DNA of 64,000 nucleotides. Source: Dehalococcoidia bacterium. Lineage in GTDB: Bacteria; Chloroflexota; Dehalococcoidia; UBA2979. Made by a program: the position numbers and the translations under genes. The stretch is taken from contig CAXXDN010000002.1 in NCBI GenBank assembly GCA_963667465.2, forward strand, positions 1,216,001 to 1,280,000, written 5' to 3'. Below are positions 1-8,562 of this stretch, piece after piece. The notes below the pieces were generated by a model. The model made no database searches, was not told the origin of the DNA, and saw only the letters and a list, made by a program, of their open reading frames with translations. Numbering within the stretch: the first letter of the stretch is position 1; each line of letters starts with the position of its first letter.

Positions 1-731
1 CGCTCGCGATCGCCCTCGCGGCAGCCGCGTTCGCGATCGCGCTGCTCTTGCCGCGCTGGGAGGTGATCGCGCTGCTCGGCGCGGGCGCGATCGCGCTGCT
101 CGCAAGCGAGCACGGACCGCGGCGGCGGCTGCAGCGCGCGATCGTCGCCCTGCCCGCGCCGCTGCTCCCGCTGGCGCTACCCGCACTCGCCGTGACGCTG
201 CCCGAGGCCGTGCCGATCGCGCTGATCCATCTCAAGGCCGGCGCGCTGCTCTTCGGCGGCGGCTACGTGATCATCCCGCTGCTGGAGCCCGACGCCGTCG
301 CCCAGGGCTGGCTGACGGAGTCCCAGTTCCTCGACGCGATCGCGATCGGGCAGGCGACGCCGGGGCCGATCGTCACCACCGCCACCTTCGTCGGCTACGC
401 GGCCGGCGGCTGGTGGGGCGCACTGATCGCGACGGTAGCGATCTTCGCGCCCGCGTTCGTCTTCGCCATCTCGCTCGGCCGGCTGCTCGAGAGGCTCTCG
501 GCCTCCGAGGCGCTGCGCGCGTTCCTCGATGGCGTCGCCGCCGCGGTCTTCGGCGCGATCGCCGGGGCCGCCGTCGTGCTGCTGATGAGCCTCGAGGCCA
601 ATCCGCTGAGCGGGATCGTGCTCGTCATGAGCGGCGTGGTGCTGCTGCGCTCACTACTGCCCTCGTACGCCTGGCTGGTCGTCTGCGGCGGCGCCGGCCT
701 GCTCTACCACGCGGCGGAGCTTCCGGCATGA
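1..731 (+). CDS. chrA: Chromate efflux transporter (CHR family), 5' part outside window
   Basis: GALLFGGGYVIIP and FLDAIAIGQATPGP CHR motifs; hydrophobic. Confidence 0.85.
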   Translation, partial: LAIALAAAAFAIALLLPRWEVIALLGAGAIALLASEHGPRRRLQRAIVALPAPLLPLALPALAVTLPEAVPIALIHLKAGALLFGGGYVIIPLLEPDAVAQGWLTESQFLDAIAIGQATPGPIVTTATFVGYAAGGWWGALIATVAIFAPAFVFAISLGRLLERLSASEALRAFLDGVAAAVFGAIAGAAVVLLMSLEANPLSGIVLVMSGVVLLRSLLPSYAWLVVCGGAGLLYHAAELPA

Positions 732-1501
732 GAAGCGCCGTCGTCGAGGTCACCGAGTCCGCCCGCCTCTACGGCGAGACGCACATCCTCTGGCTGACCA
801 TGCCCGTGGAGTTCCGCCACGCGACCCCGGGTCAGTTCGTGATGGCCTACATCGGCGAGCAACACGACCCGCTGCTCGGCCGCGCCTGCTCGTTCCATCG
901 CCTGCGCGAGGGCCGCCACGGACCGGAGTTCTCCCTGCTCTTCGATGTCGTCGGGCGCGGCACGGACTGGCTCACGAGGCGCGAGCCGGGCGACGCCGTC
1001 CGCGTCGTCGGGCCGCTCGGGCGCGGCTACGAGCCGCGCGAGCGCGTCGACCACATGCTGCTCGTCGGTGGCGGGATCGGCTGCGCGCCGCTCGTCTGGC
1101 TCGCCGACGAACTGGTCGAGCAGGGCCGCGAGGTGACGCTCGTCCTCGGAGCTGCGAGGGAGGCGGGCATCTTCCCGCCTCGGCTGCTGCCCGAGGCCGT
1201 CGAGGTCGTCGTCGCCACGGAGGACGGGTCGCTGGGCGAGCGCGGCCTGGTGACCGCGCCCTTCGAGCGGCTGCTGCCCTGGGCCGACCAGGCCTTCGCC
1301 TGCGGCCCGAACCCGATGTTCGAGGCGCTGTTCGGTGTGCTCACGCGCTCCGGGCTGCGCAAGCCGGTGCAGGCCCTGCTGGAGGAGACGATGGCCTGCG
1401 GGATGGGCATCTGCTACGGCTGCGCGATCTTCCCCAAGCGCGGCGGCGTTCGGCTCTGCTGCACCGACGGCCCGATGTTCGACCTGCGCGATCTGTACTA
1501 G
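728..1501 (+). CDS. pyrK: Dihydroorotate dehydrogenase electron transfer subunit
   Basis: PGQF, GPLG, GGGIG, CGPNPM, MACGMGICYGC...C-x-DGP [2Fe-2S] motif; ATGA overlap with chrA. Confidence 0.9.
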   Translation: MRSAVVEVTESARLYGETHILWLTMPVEFRHATPGQFVMAYIGEQHDPLLGRACSFHRLREGRHGPEFSLLFDVVGRGTDWLTRREPGDAVRVVGPLGRGYEPRERVDHMLLVGGGIGCAPLVWLADELVEQGREVTLVLGAAREAGIFPPRLLPEAVEVVVATEDGSLGERGLVTAPFERLLPWADQAFACGPNPMFEALFGVLTRSGLRKPVQALLEETMACGMGICYGCAIFPKRGGVRLCCTDGPMFDLRDLY

Positions 1502-1764
1502 TGCTCCGGCGAGTCGCCATCGGCATCCCGATCGTCGGCGGTCTCGTGGCCGGCGCGCTGATCGGCGGCGTGCTGATGAAGCCGGAACCGGCGATCGTCG
1601 GCTGGCTCTTCGGCGCCGGCGCGGGACTGATGGGCGGCGCCTTCATCGTCGCCATCGCCACGAACGAGGCGCTCGTCGGCCGCGGCAGCGCAGGCCCGCG
1701 CTCCGTCAGCTACCCCGGCGAGACCCCGCCTCGAAGCCTCGACGAGGACGAGGGCGAGGAGTAA
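1501..1764 (+). CDS. Small Gly-rich membrane protein, hypothetical
   Basis: Two hydrophobic helices, abuts pyrK stop. Confidence 0.6.
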   Translation: MLRRVAIGIPIVGGLVAGALIGGVLMKPEPAIVGWLFGAGAGLMGGAFIVAIATNEALVGRGSAGPRSVSYPGETPPRSLDEDEGEE

Positions 1765-1793
1765 CGCGCCACGGGCTACTTTGGCGGCGCACC

Positions 1794-1814
1794 GTGCTAT
1801 CATCATGATAGCAC
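1794..1814. promoter_or_regulatory. Operator inverted repeat of the fitAB-like TA operon
   Basis: Perfect IR gtgctatcat-c-atgatagcac containing TGCTATCA/TGATAGCA half-sites, just upstream of the antitoxin. Confidence 0.75.
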
Positions 1815-1831
1815 TATCAGGGGAGCCAACA

Positions 1832-2101
1832 ATGGCGACGGTGAACGTACGACGCCTTGACGATGCAGTCGTCCAGCGGCTCAAGGAGCGGGCGGCCGCG
1901 AACGACCGCTCGCTGGAAGCCGAACTGCGGGACATCCTCGAACGTGTCGCGGCCGAGGATGACTACCGGGCGAGGAAGCAGGCGTTCCTCGACGAGTCGG
2001 ACAGGCTGCGCGCCTTGACTGCCGGCAGACACCACACGCCCGCGGAGGAGCTGATTCGGGAAGCGCGCGACCGCGGGTACGACCGTGGGCTTACCACGTG
2101 A
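1832..2101 (+). CDS. FitA-like ribbon-helix-helix antitoxin
   Basis: MATVNVRRLDDAVVQRLKERAAANDRSLEAELRDIL; GGAG RBS; overlaps toxin start. Confidence 0.85.
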   Translation: MATVNVRRLDDAVVQRLKERAAANDRSLEAELRDILERVAAEDDYRARKQAFLDESDRLRALTAGRHHTPAEELIREARDRGYDRGLTT

Positions 2102-2526
2102 CGCGAGTGGTGGTGGACGCCAACATCGCCGTCAAGTGGCTGGTGGATGAAGGACAACGGCAGGAGGCCATGCGCTTGCTGCACGACGAGTCCGAGTTGA
2201 ACGCACCACGCGTCATGGCGACCGAAGTCGCCAACGCCCTCTGGCAGAAAGTGGAGCGAGGCGAGATCGGGACCACAGCGGCAGGCGTCCTCGCGGACTC
2301 TGTTCAGCGACTGCCCCTTTACTGGGCGAACGACGAGCAGATCATTGCCGACGCGGTGCGTATCGCCATCGAGTTGGACCATGCAGCGTACGACTGCATC
2401 TACCTCGCGCTCGCGCACCGCCTCGGCGCTCGTGTGGTGACTGCTGACATGAGGTTCATGCGCCGCGTCGCGCCTACGGCGCACGGAGGCGCCATCGTCG
2501 GTCTCGCCGACTACGCCGCCGAGTAG
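2098..2526 (+). CDS. vapC: VapC/FitB PIN-domain toxin
   Basis: VVDANIAVKW, EVANAL, YDCIYLALA, VTAD PIN motifs. Confidence 0.9.
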   Translation: MTRVVVDANIAVKWLVDEGQRQEAMRLLHDESELNAPRVMATEVANALWQKVERGEIGTTAAGVLADSVQRLPLYWANDEQIIADAVRIAIELDHAAYDCIYLALAHRLGARVVTADMRFMRRVAPTAHGGAIVGLADYAAE

Positions 2527-2539
2527 CCCGACTCGCCGC

Positions 2540-3655
2540 CTACGCCCCCACCCGGTCCAGGATCGTCGCGACGTCGATGTACTCGTCGGCAAGGGCGCGC
2601 ATCTCCACCGAAGTGCTGCCGCTGAAGGCGACGACCTCGACGCGGACGCCCTGGCTCTGCAGCAACTCGACGGCGCGCGCGAAGTCCGCGTCGCCGGAGA
2701 CGATCGAGACCACGTCGAGGCGCTCCGCCATCGTCACCATGTCGAGCGCCATCTCGACGTCGAAGTTGCCCTTCACCGAGCCGTCCTGGAAGCGCTTCAT
2801 CGGCTTCGTCACGATCCGGTAGTCGTGGCGCACGAACGGCTCGACGAAGCGCTGGCGCTCCACCGGCTCCGCGGGGTCGTCCGAGACCGGCGAGTAGGCC
2901 GTCGCGCGGATCAACTCGCGGCCCTCGCTGAGGTAGGCGAGCAGCTTGCCCATGTGCACGGTCGCGCCGTCCGGTGCGCCCTCGCCGCGCTCCGCCCCGT
3001 AGATCAGGTTCGGCACGTCGACGAAGACGCCGAGGCGCAGCCGCCGCACGGCGCGCTCCTGGGTCTCGAGCAGCGCGTCGAGCGCCTGCGACTGAGTCGC
3101 CAGTGCCTCGCGCAGCGCGCGCACCTCCTCGGCGAGGGCGTCCGCCCCCGAGGCGTCGGCGCTGCTCTTCGCGCTCGACTTGCGCGTGCTCGCGCGCCGG
3201 CGGGCGGGCGCCTTCTTCTCGGTCTCGGTCTCGGCCTCCACCTCCGCCTCCGCCTTCGCGGGCTCGGTCTCAGGCGCGGGCCCGGCTTCCTCGGTCGCGG
3301 CGGCAGCGCGGCGGCGGCGCGGGGCTCGCTTCTTCGGCTCGGCCTCCGCTTCGGCGGGCGCCTCGGCTTCCGCCTTCGCGGGCTCCGGCGCGGCTTCCTC
3401 GGCCGCGGCCGCACGGCGCCGGCGCGGCGCGCGCTTCGGCGTGGCCTTCGCCTCGGTCTCGGCGGGCGGCGAGGACTCGGCGTCCGCCTCGCTCTTCGAC
3501 GGGCGGGCCGGCCGCCGGCCTGCAATCCGCGGATCGTTCAGCGTGTCGCCGCTCTCGGGCGTCTCGGCGGCGCGCGATCGGCCCCGGCCTCCACGTGTGC
3601 CACGGCGGCGCGTGCCCTCGCCCGAGGCCGGAGTGTCCGCGCGATCGGCGGTCAT
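2540..3655 (-). CDS. NYN (LabA/DUF88) domain protein with long low-complexity N-terminus
   Basis: FVDVPNL, KGNFDVEMALD, SGDADF motifs. Confidence 0.85.
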   Translation of the reverse strand: MTADRADTPASGEGTRRRGTRGGRGRSRAAETPESGDTLNDPRIAGRRPARPSKSEADAESSPPAETEAKATPKRAPRRRRAAAAEEAAPEPAKAEAEAPAEAEAEPKKRAPRRRRAAAATEEAGPAPETEPAKAEAEVEAETETEKKAPARRRASTRKSSAKSSADASGADALAEEVRALREALATQSQALDALLETQERAVRRLRLGVFVDVPNLIYGAERGEGAPDGATVHMGKLLAYLSEGRELIRATAYSPVSDDPAEPVERQRFVEPFVRHDYRIVTKPMKRFQDGSVKGNFDVEMALDMVTMAERLDVVSIVSGDADFARAVELLQSQGVRVEVVAFSGSTSVEMRALADEYIDVATILDRVGA

Positions 3656-4692
3656 GCCGCCACCCCCGCGTCACCGGCGTATTGCAGCACGGAGCAGCGG
3701 GCCGCGACCTGCTCCGCGAGCTCCACGAAGGCCTGCGCCTCCTCCGAGTCCGGGGCGGCCGCGACCAGCGGGGTGCCCTCGTCGCCGGCCTTGCGCACCG
3801 CCGCCGCGAGCGGCAGTTCTCCGAGGAACTCCACGCCAAGCTCGTCGGCGGCCTCGCGCGCTCCGCCGCGGCCAAAGATGTCAGAGGTCATGTTCTCCAC
3901 GATTCCGAAGATGGGGACGCCGAGCCTGTCGAACATCCCGATCGCCTTCGTTGCGTCCTCGATCGCCACCTGCTGTGGCGTGGAGACGATTACGACGCCG
4001 GCCACCGGCGCCTGCTGCGCCAGCGACATCGAGGCGTCCGAGGTGCCCGGCGGCAGGTCGACGATGAGATAGTCGAGCTCCCCCCAGTCGATGTCGTGCA
4101 CCAGCTGGCGCACGCCCGAGCCGATCATCGGTCCGCGCCAGACCACCGGGGTGCCCTTCGGCAGCACGAACCCGATCGAGGCGGCGCGCACGCCGTGGGC
4201 CTCGATGGTGTGCATCCCCTGCTGGCCCTCGGCCAGGCCACCCTGCTCGATGCCGAGCATGGTCGGGATGTTCGGGCCGGTGATGTCGGCGTCGACGATG
4301 CCGACCTCCGCCCCGAGCCGGGCGAGGGCGACGGCGAGGTTCGTCGCCACCGTGGATTTGCCGACGCCTCCCTTGTTGGAGGCGACCGCGATCAGGTTCT
4401 TGACGCCGACGACCGGCTCCGGGCCGCCCTCGCGGAGTGCCTGTCCGCGCACCTCCGCATCCCACTCGATCTCGACCGCGTCGATGCCGGGAATGGCGTC
4501 GAGGGCGGCGCGCACGTCCACGTCGATCTGCTCGCGCAGCGGGCAGGCCGGGGTGGTGAGCACCAGGCGGAAGGAGGCGGTCGAGCCCTCGACGGCGACA
4601 TCGTGCACCATGTTGAGCGACACCAGGTCGCGATGCAGCTCGGGATCGCGAACCTCGGAGAGAGCGGCAAGTACAGCCTCGGCAGTCGTCAC
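3652..4692 (-). CDS. mrp: Mrp/NBP35 (ApbC) Fe-S cluster carrier ATPase with N-terminal DUF59
   Basis: DPEL...TTPACP; KGGVGKST; DLPPGT; ENM. Confidence 0.92.
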   Translation of the reverse strand: MTTAEAVLAALSEVRDPELHRDLVSLNMVHDVAVEGSTASFRLVLTTPACPLREQIDVDVRAALDAIPGIDAVEIEWDAEVRGQALREGGPEPVVGVKNLIAVASNKGGVGKSTVATNLAVALARLGAEVGIVDADITGPNIPTMLGIEQGGLAEGQQGMHTIEAHGVRAASIGFVLPKGTPVVWRGPMIGSGVRQLVHDIDWGELDYLIVDLPPGTSDASMSLAQQAPVAGVVIVSTPQQVAIEDATKAIGMFDRLGVPIFGIVENMTSDIFGRGGAREAADELGVEFLGELPLAAAVRKAGDEGTPLVAAAPDSEEAQAFVELAEQVAARCSVLQYAGDAGVAA

Positions 4693-4736
4693 GTTATGTC
4701 CTCACGCTGCGAAAATGCTCGCGGATCGGCCAGATT

Positions 4737-4928
4737 CGTGGGAAAATCCCGGGAGTTACTCCAACCTGGAGGGAACCAAATCGCCCTCGGGAGCGTTTCA
4801 TCTCTAGGTACGGAGACTGCGCCATCCAGGATGGACGCGCCAGAAGGGTAGGCAAACGGGATGTTGGGGACACCTTCGAGGACTGTTCCCGGGATCGCGC
4901 TACGCCTCCCCACGGGGTTGGAAGCCCC
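4737..4928. ncRNA. Candidate structured ncRNA (6S-like rod, about 180 nt)
   Basis: Nested complementary blocks in a 530-bp intergenic region; family and strand not verified. Confidence 0.35.
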
Positions 4929-5218
4929 GCGTTGGGGGCTCTGGCCCCAGTATAGCCGCCCGCTCCCGTTGGGGCAGCGGCGCGAGGTGTGATCCTGGCC
5001 GCGCGGCCGGCGAGGCCGGCAGGGCGCGGAGCAAGGGAGGGCTTTATCGGGGTTTTGCAGCATTTTAGTGCACTTAAGGTTGACACCCGGGGCGTCTAGC
5101 CGTAAGGGTATGTCTCTGGTGCGCCGCCTGCACACAGCGAACGCACAACACAGGTAGTCAGGCGTCGGGCGAAGATCTGGGGGGACCAACACCGGCGCCA
5201 CGGGAAGGCAGAAGAACG

Positions 5219-5488
5219 ATGGTTACGGCAGCACAGACCGGGCACGACGTGCAGACCAGCGCGACCCCGCGCATGGCCTGCGTCCACCACTGGGTGATCG
5301 ATTCCCCGAGCGGGCGCGAGAGCGCCGGCGTCTGCAAGCGCTGCGGGCTTACCCGTAACTTCGCGAACGCTACCGAGAACGTGATGTGGGAGCACACGAA
5401 CACCGTGAGCAACTCCCCCGTCAGTACTCTCCGGCACCTCCCCCGGCCGGACCACTCCCTGCTCTCCGACGAGATCGTTCGCGACTGA
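5219..5488 (+). CDS. Small putative Zn-binding protein
   Basis: CVHHW...CKRC; TTGACA at 5080-5085 upstream; terminator downstream. Confidence 0.7.
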   Translation: MVTAAQTGHDVQTSATPRMACVHHWVIDSPSGRESAGVCKRCGLTRNFANATENVMWEHTNTVSNSPVSTLRHLPRPDHSLLSDEIVRD

Positions 5489-5514
5489 CCTCGCAACGCA
5501 GGGCTGAGCCAAGG

Positions 5515-5548
5515 CGGCGCCCCCGGGATTCCGGGGGCGCCGTTCTTT
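5515..5548 (+). terminator. Intrinsic terminator
   Basis: cggcgcccccgg-gatt-ccgggggcgccg followed by ttcttt. Confidence 0.8.
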
Positions 5549-5630
5549 GTCCCGGCATCCGCCGCGACCACCGCGCTGCCCGCCCGTGCCCGCGGCGGGT
5601 ATCATGAGCAAACCCGGAGCGAGGCGGCGC

Positions 5631-6560
5631 ATGGACCTCAGCCTCACCATCGGCCGCGGCGGCAAGCAGGAGCTGCTGCTCAGGAACCCCGTCCTCACGG
5701 CCTCAGGCACCCTCTCCAACGGCATCGAGTTCGCTCGCCGCTTCGACATCGACGCGCTCGGGGGCGTGATCTCGAAGGGCACGACGCTGCGGCCGCGCCG
5801 CGGCAACCCGCAGCCGCGCACCGTCGAGACAGCCGCCGGGATGATCAACTCGATCGGCTTCCAGAACGTCGGCGTCGGCGCGCTGATCCGCGACCTCGCC
5901 CCCGCCTGGGCGCGCTGGGACACCCCCGTCCTCGTCAACATCATGGGCGACAGCGTGCGCGAGTTCGGCCGGCTCGCCGCGCGCCTCGAGGGCGTCCCTG
6001 GCGTCGCCGGCCTCGAGGTCAACGTCTCCTGCCCCAACGTCGAGGTCGGCGGGATGGAGTTCGGGCAGGACTGCGACCTGACGGCCGCGGTGGTCGCGGA
6101 GGTGCGGCGCAGCACCACGCTGCCCTTCGCCGTGAAGCTCACGCCCAGCGTTGTCGACATCCGCCCCTTCGCCGAGGTCTGCGAGCAGGCCGGCGCCGAC
6201 GCGCTCTCGCTGATCAACACCGTACCCGCCACGGCGATCGACATCGAACGCCGGCGGCCCTCGATCGCCACCATCTTCGGCGGGCTCTCGGGCCCCGCGA
6301 TCAAGCCGATCGCGCTGCGCAGCGTCTACCTCGCCGCCTCCGTCACCGGCCTCCCGATCATCGCCTCGGGCGGAGTGATGAGCGGCCGCGACGCCGTCGA
6401 GTTCCTGATGGCCGGCGCCAGCGCCGTGCAGGTCGGCACCGCTACCTTCACCGACCCGGCCGCGCCCTGGCGCGTGCTCGACGAGCTGCGCGAGTGGTGC
6501 GAGGCTGAGGACGTCGGGCGCCTCGACGAGATCGTCGGCGCGGCGCGGCGGCGCGACTGA
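5631..6560 (+). CDS. pyrD: Dihydroorotate dehydrogenase B, catalytic subunit
   Basis: NPVLTASGT, GNPQPR, NVSCPNV, KLTP, GGLSGPAIKP. Confidence 0.95.
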   Translation: MDLSLTIGRGGKQELLLRNPVLTASGTLSNGIEFARRFDIDALGGVISKGTTLRPRRGNPQPRTVETAAGMINSIGFQNVGVGALIRDLAPAWARWDTPVLVNIMGDSVREFGRLAARLEGVPGVAGLEVNVSCPNVEVGGMEFGQDCDLTAAVVAEVRRSTTLPFAVKLTPSVVDIRPFAEVCEQAGADALSLINTVPATAIDIERRRPSIATIFGGLSGPAIKPIALRSVYLAASVTGLPIIASGGVMSGRDAVEFLMAGASAVQVGTATFTDPAAPWRVLDELREWCEAEDVGRLDEIVGAARRRD

Positions 6561-6575
6561 GGCGAGGAGGCTGCG

Positions 6576-6785
6576 ATGCGCGGTGTTACAAGCGTGCTTG
6601 GTGGCGCAGTGTGGCTGATCTCCGGAGCCTTCGCGGGCGCGGCCTGGGGCTGGGCCGGCATGCGGGTGCTCTACCGCTTCTTCGACGTCGACAGCGCCGA
6701 GGCCGCCCTCGCGGGCGGCGTAGTCTTCGGCCTGATCGTCGCGCTGGCGCTCTGGGGCCTCGGCTGGCGTGAAGTCCGGGGGTAG
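6576..6785 (+). CDS. Small membrane protein, hypothetical
   Basis: GAGGAGG RBS; two TM segments. Confidence 0.6.
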   Translation: MRGVTSVLGGAVWLISGAFAGAAWGWAGMRVLYRFFDVDSAEAALAGGVVFGLIVALALWGLGWREVRG

Positions 6786-6911
6786 CCCCTGTGCGCGGCA
6801 CCATTCATGCGGTGAGTTGCGAGACCTGACTGACTTGCGCCTGCTGGACGCACCTGCGCCACAGGTCAGCCTCGAAACCCGCGTGCGATCTCATCACCCC
6901 AGCGCCAGCGA

Positions 6912-7217
6912 TCAGTCGAGCGGCATAAGGACTGCGATCAACAGGGCGAGGACGACCTCAAAGCCTCCAGCGAGGACTCCGATGAGCACGATCTCGCTTG
7001 ACCCCGGCATGGACCAGTAGCCTCTGCCATAGAATGGCCAGCCGTGCCCCCAGAGTTTCCTGTACCCCCACCCGAGCGCCACTGCGTAGACGAGAGACGC
7101 CGGCAGCTCCACGTACACGGGCACGGGCGCCTTGGCCAGCACGGCGAACCCACCTACTGCGACAACGAGCAGAAGGCCGAAGCGCAGCAGGTCAGCCGTT
7201 GGTGGCAGGTTCGGCAT
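6912..7217 (-). CDS. Small three-TM membrane protein (possible immunity protein)
   Basis: MPNLPPTADLLRFG... hydrophobic; start overlaps the stop of an upstream Cys-rich frame (TGATG). Confidence 0.55.
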   Translation of the reverse strand: MPNLPPTADLLRFGLLLVVAVGGFAVLAKAPVPVYVELPASLVYAVALGWGYRKLWGHGWPFYGRGYWSMPGSSEIVLIGVLAGGFEVVLALLIAVLMPLD

Positions 7218-7465
7218 CAGCACTCGACGTGGCAGCTGATGACGGTCGTGATCGAGCAAGAAACCTGGCACCAGAATCCTGCGACGGGGTTGAGGATGGT
7301 CACGAGCTTGCAACCCCATTCCCAGCACGTCCGCACCCGGAAAACGATGCAGTCCTCTCACTCAGCTGCACCGCGGGCGCCGAGCCCGGACCACACACCA
7401 TCGGTGACTGTGACAGCAATGCCTCGACCCCTTTGCGAACGTGCGCGACGCAGTGCGGAGGCCCA
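7217..7465 (-). pseudogene. Interrupted Cys-rich peptide frame, halocin-C8/bacteriocin-like
   Basis: Manual translation: ...GAAE*EDCIVFRVRTCWEWGCKLVTILNPVAGFWCQVSCSITTVISCHVEC*; in-frame TGA at 7358-7360. Confidence 0.45.
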
Positions 7466-7856
7466 TCAACTGTAAGCCGCTGCTCGCCTCGTAATCCATA
7501 TCAGACGTAATCGTAACCGAGTTCGTCATATGAGGCGCCGCATGGTCAAGTCTGAGCCAGGGGGTGTCTCAGGCGTGGGCTGCGGGAGGCTTCACCCCGC
7601 AGGATGTCGAACCTGGGCGTGCTGGCCTGCCGCGAATCGCGCCGCCAGCGAGTCACCGAGAGGTCGCGCGACCGCGTTGGACGGCAGCAGCGGGTCGATC
7701 TCACGTGGAAGCAGGCCTCGGCTGGCGCGAAGACCGGCATTCGCCGCCTCCCCATCCGTTCGAGGCGTTGACGTGTCCGCGGCGCGGGCCGTAGCGTCGG
7801 ATCGCACCCTCGGGCGCCGGCCGTTGCGTCGGACCGCGCCCTCTGGGCGCGGATCT

Positions 7857-7934
7857 CGGGGTGTAGCTCAGCCAGGGTAGAGCGCTGCGTTTGGGGCGCA
7901 GAGGTCCGCAGTTCGAATCTGCGCACCCCGACCA
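7857..7934 (+). tRNA. tRNA-Pro(TGG)
   Basis: Cloverleaf; anticodon arm CTGCG-TTTGGGG-CGCAG; GTTCGAATC; CCA end. Confidence 0.97.
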
Positions 7935-7990
7935 ACACCGACTCCCAACAGCCGCGAGGCGTCCGCGATAGCGAAGGACCGGCAAACCCC

Positions 7991-8197
7991 ATGCAGGAAA
8001 CGCTCCCACCCTACGTGCTGGTCGTGCGGATCGGCTCGATCCTCGGCATGTCGCTGGCGCTGGCGGTCGGATTGCTGCTGCTGCTCGGCGGGTTCGTTCT
8101 CGCCTCGCTGGTGGCATTCGCCGCGTTCCTGCCCTCGCTCGGCATCATGGTCTACGCGGAGCGCCGGGCCGCCCGCGACCAGGAGAGCGAAGGCTGA
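7991..8197 (+). CDS. Small membrane protein
   Basis: Two TM helices; GC-rich codon pattern. Confidence 0.65.
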   Translation: MQETLPPYVLVVRIGSILGMSLALAVGLLLLLGGFVLASLVAFAAFLPSLGIMVYAERRAARDQESEG

Positions 8198-8254
8198 TCG
8201 CGGCCGTCGCCGGCCTCGTGCTGCCGTAAGCCCGCGAGCGCCTATCCTGTCGGC

Positions 8255-8518
8255 ATGTACGAACAACAGTCGGGGCCTGAGCCAGGCGGCTGCCGCGACA
8301 CGCTGCTGCTGACGCGCATCGCGTTCAGCGTGCTGATCCCGCCGCTGCTCGCCATCGCCGGCGTGCTCGTGCTCATCCTCGCCGCCTTCCTGCTCTTCAC
8401 CACGCACCCGCTGCTTGGCCTGCTGCCGCTCATCCCGATCGCCGGCGCGCTCGTCTGGATCGCGAGGCGCGATCGAAGGAACGAGCGCGACCGGGACGAC
8501 TCCAACCTGCCCTACTGA
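8255..8518 (+). CDS. Small membrane protein
   Basis: Two TM helices; TATCCT 6 nt before ATG. Confidence 0.65.
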   Translation: MYEQQSGPEPGGCRDTLLLTRIAFSVLIPPLLAIAGVLVLILAAFLLFTTHPLLGLLPLIPIAGALVWIARRDRRNERDRDDSNLPY

Positions 8519-8562
8519 GGCAGCGCCGGTCCGATAGCCCCATCCTGCGCTAGACTCTTGGC

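Noticed and set aside
4700-4950. tmRNA, SRP RNA or RNase P RNA
   Set aside because: No T-arm/CCA end, no SRP domain IV motif, no GAGGAAAGUCC
7358-7360. Selenocysteine recoding as a firm call
   Set aside because: No convincing SECIS or start; a nonsense mutation is simpler
7557-7570. ggggtgtctc match to the IS110 right end
   Set aside because: Only 10 bp with no other IS sequence; likely chance
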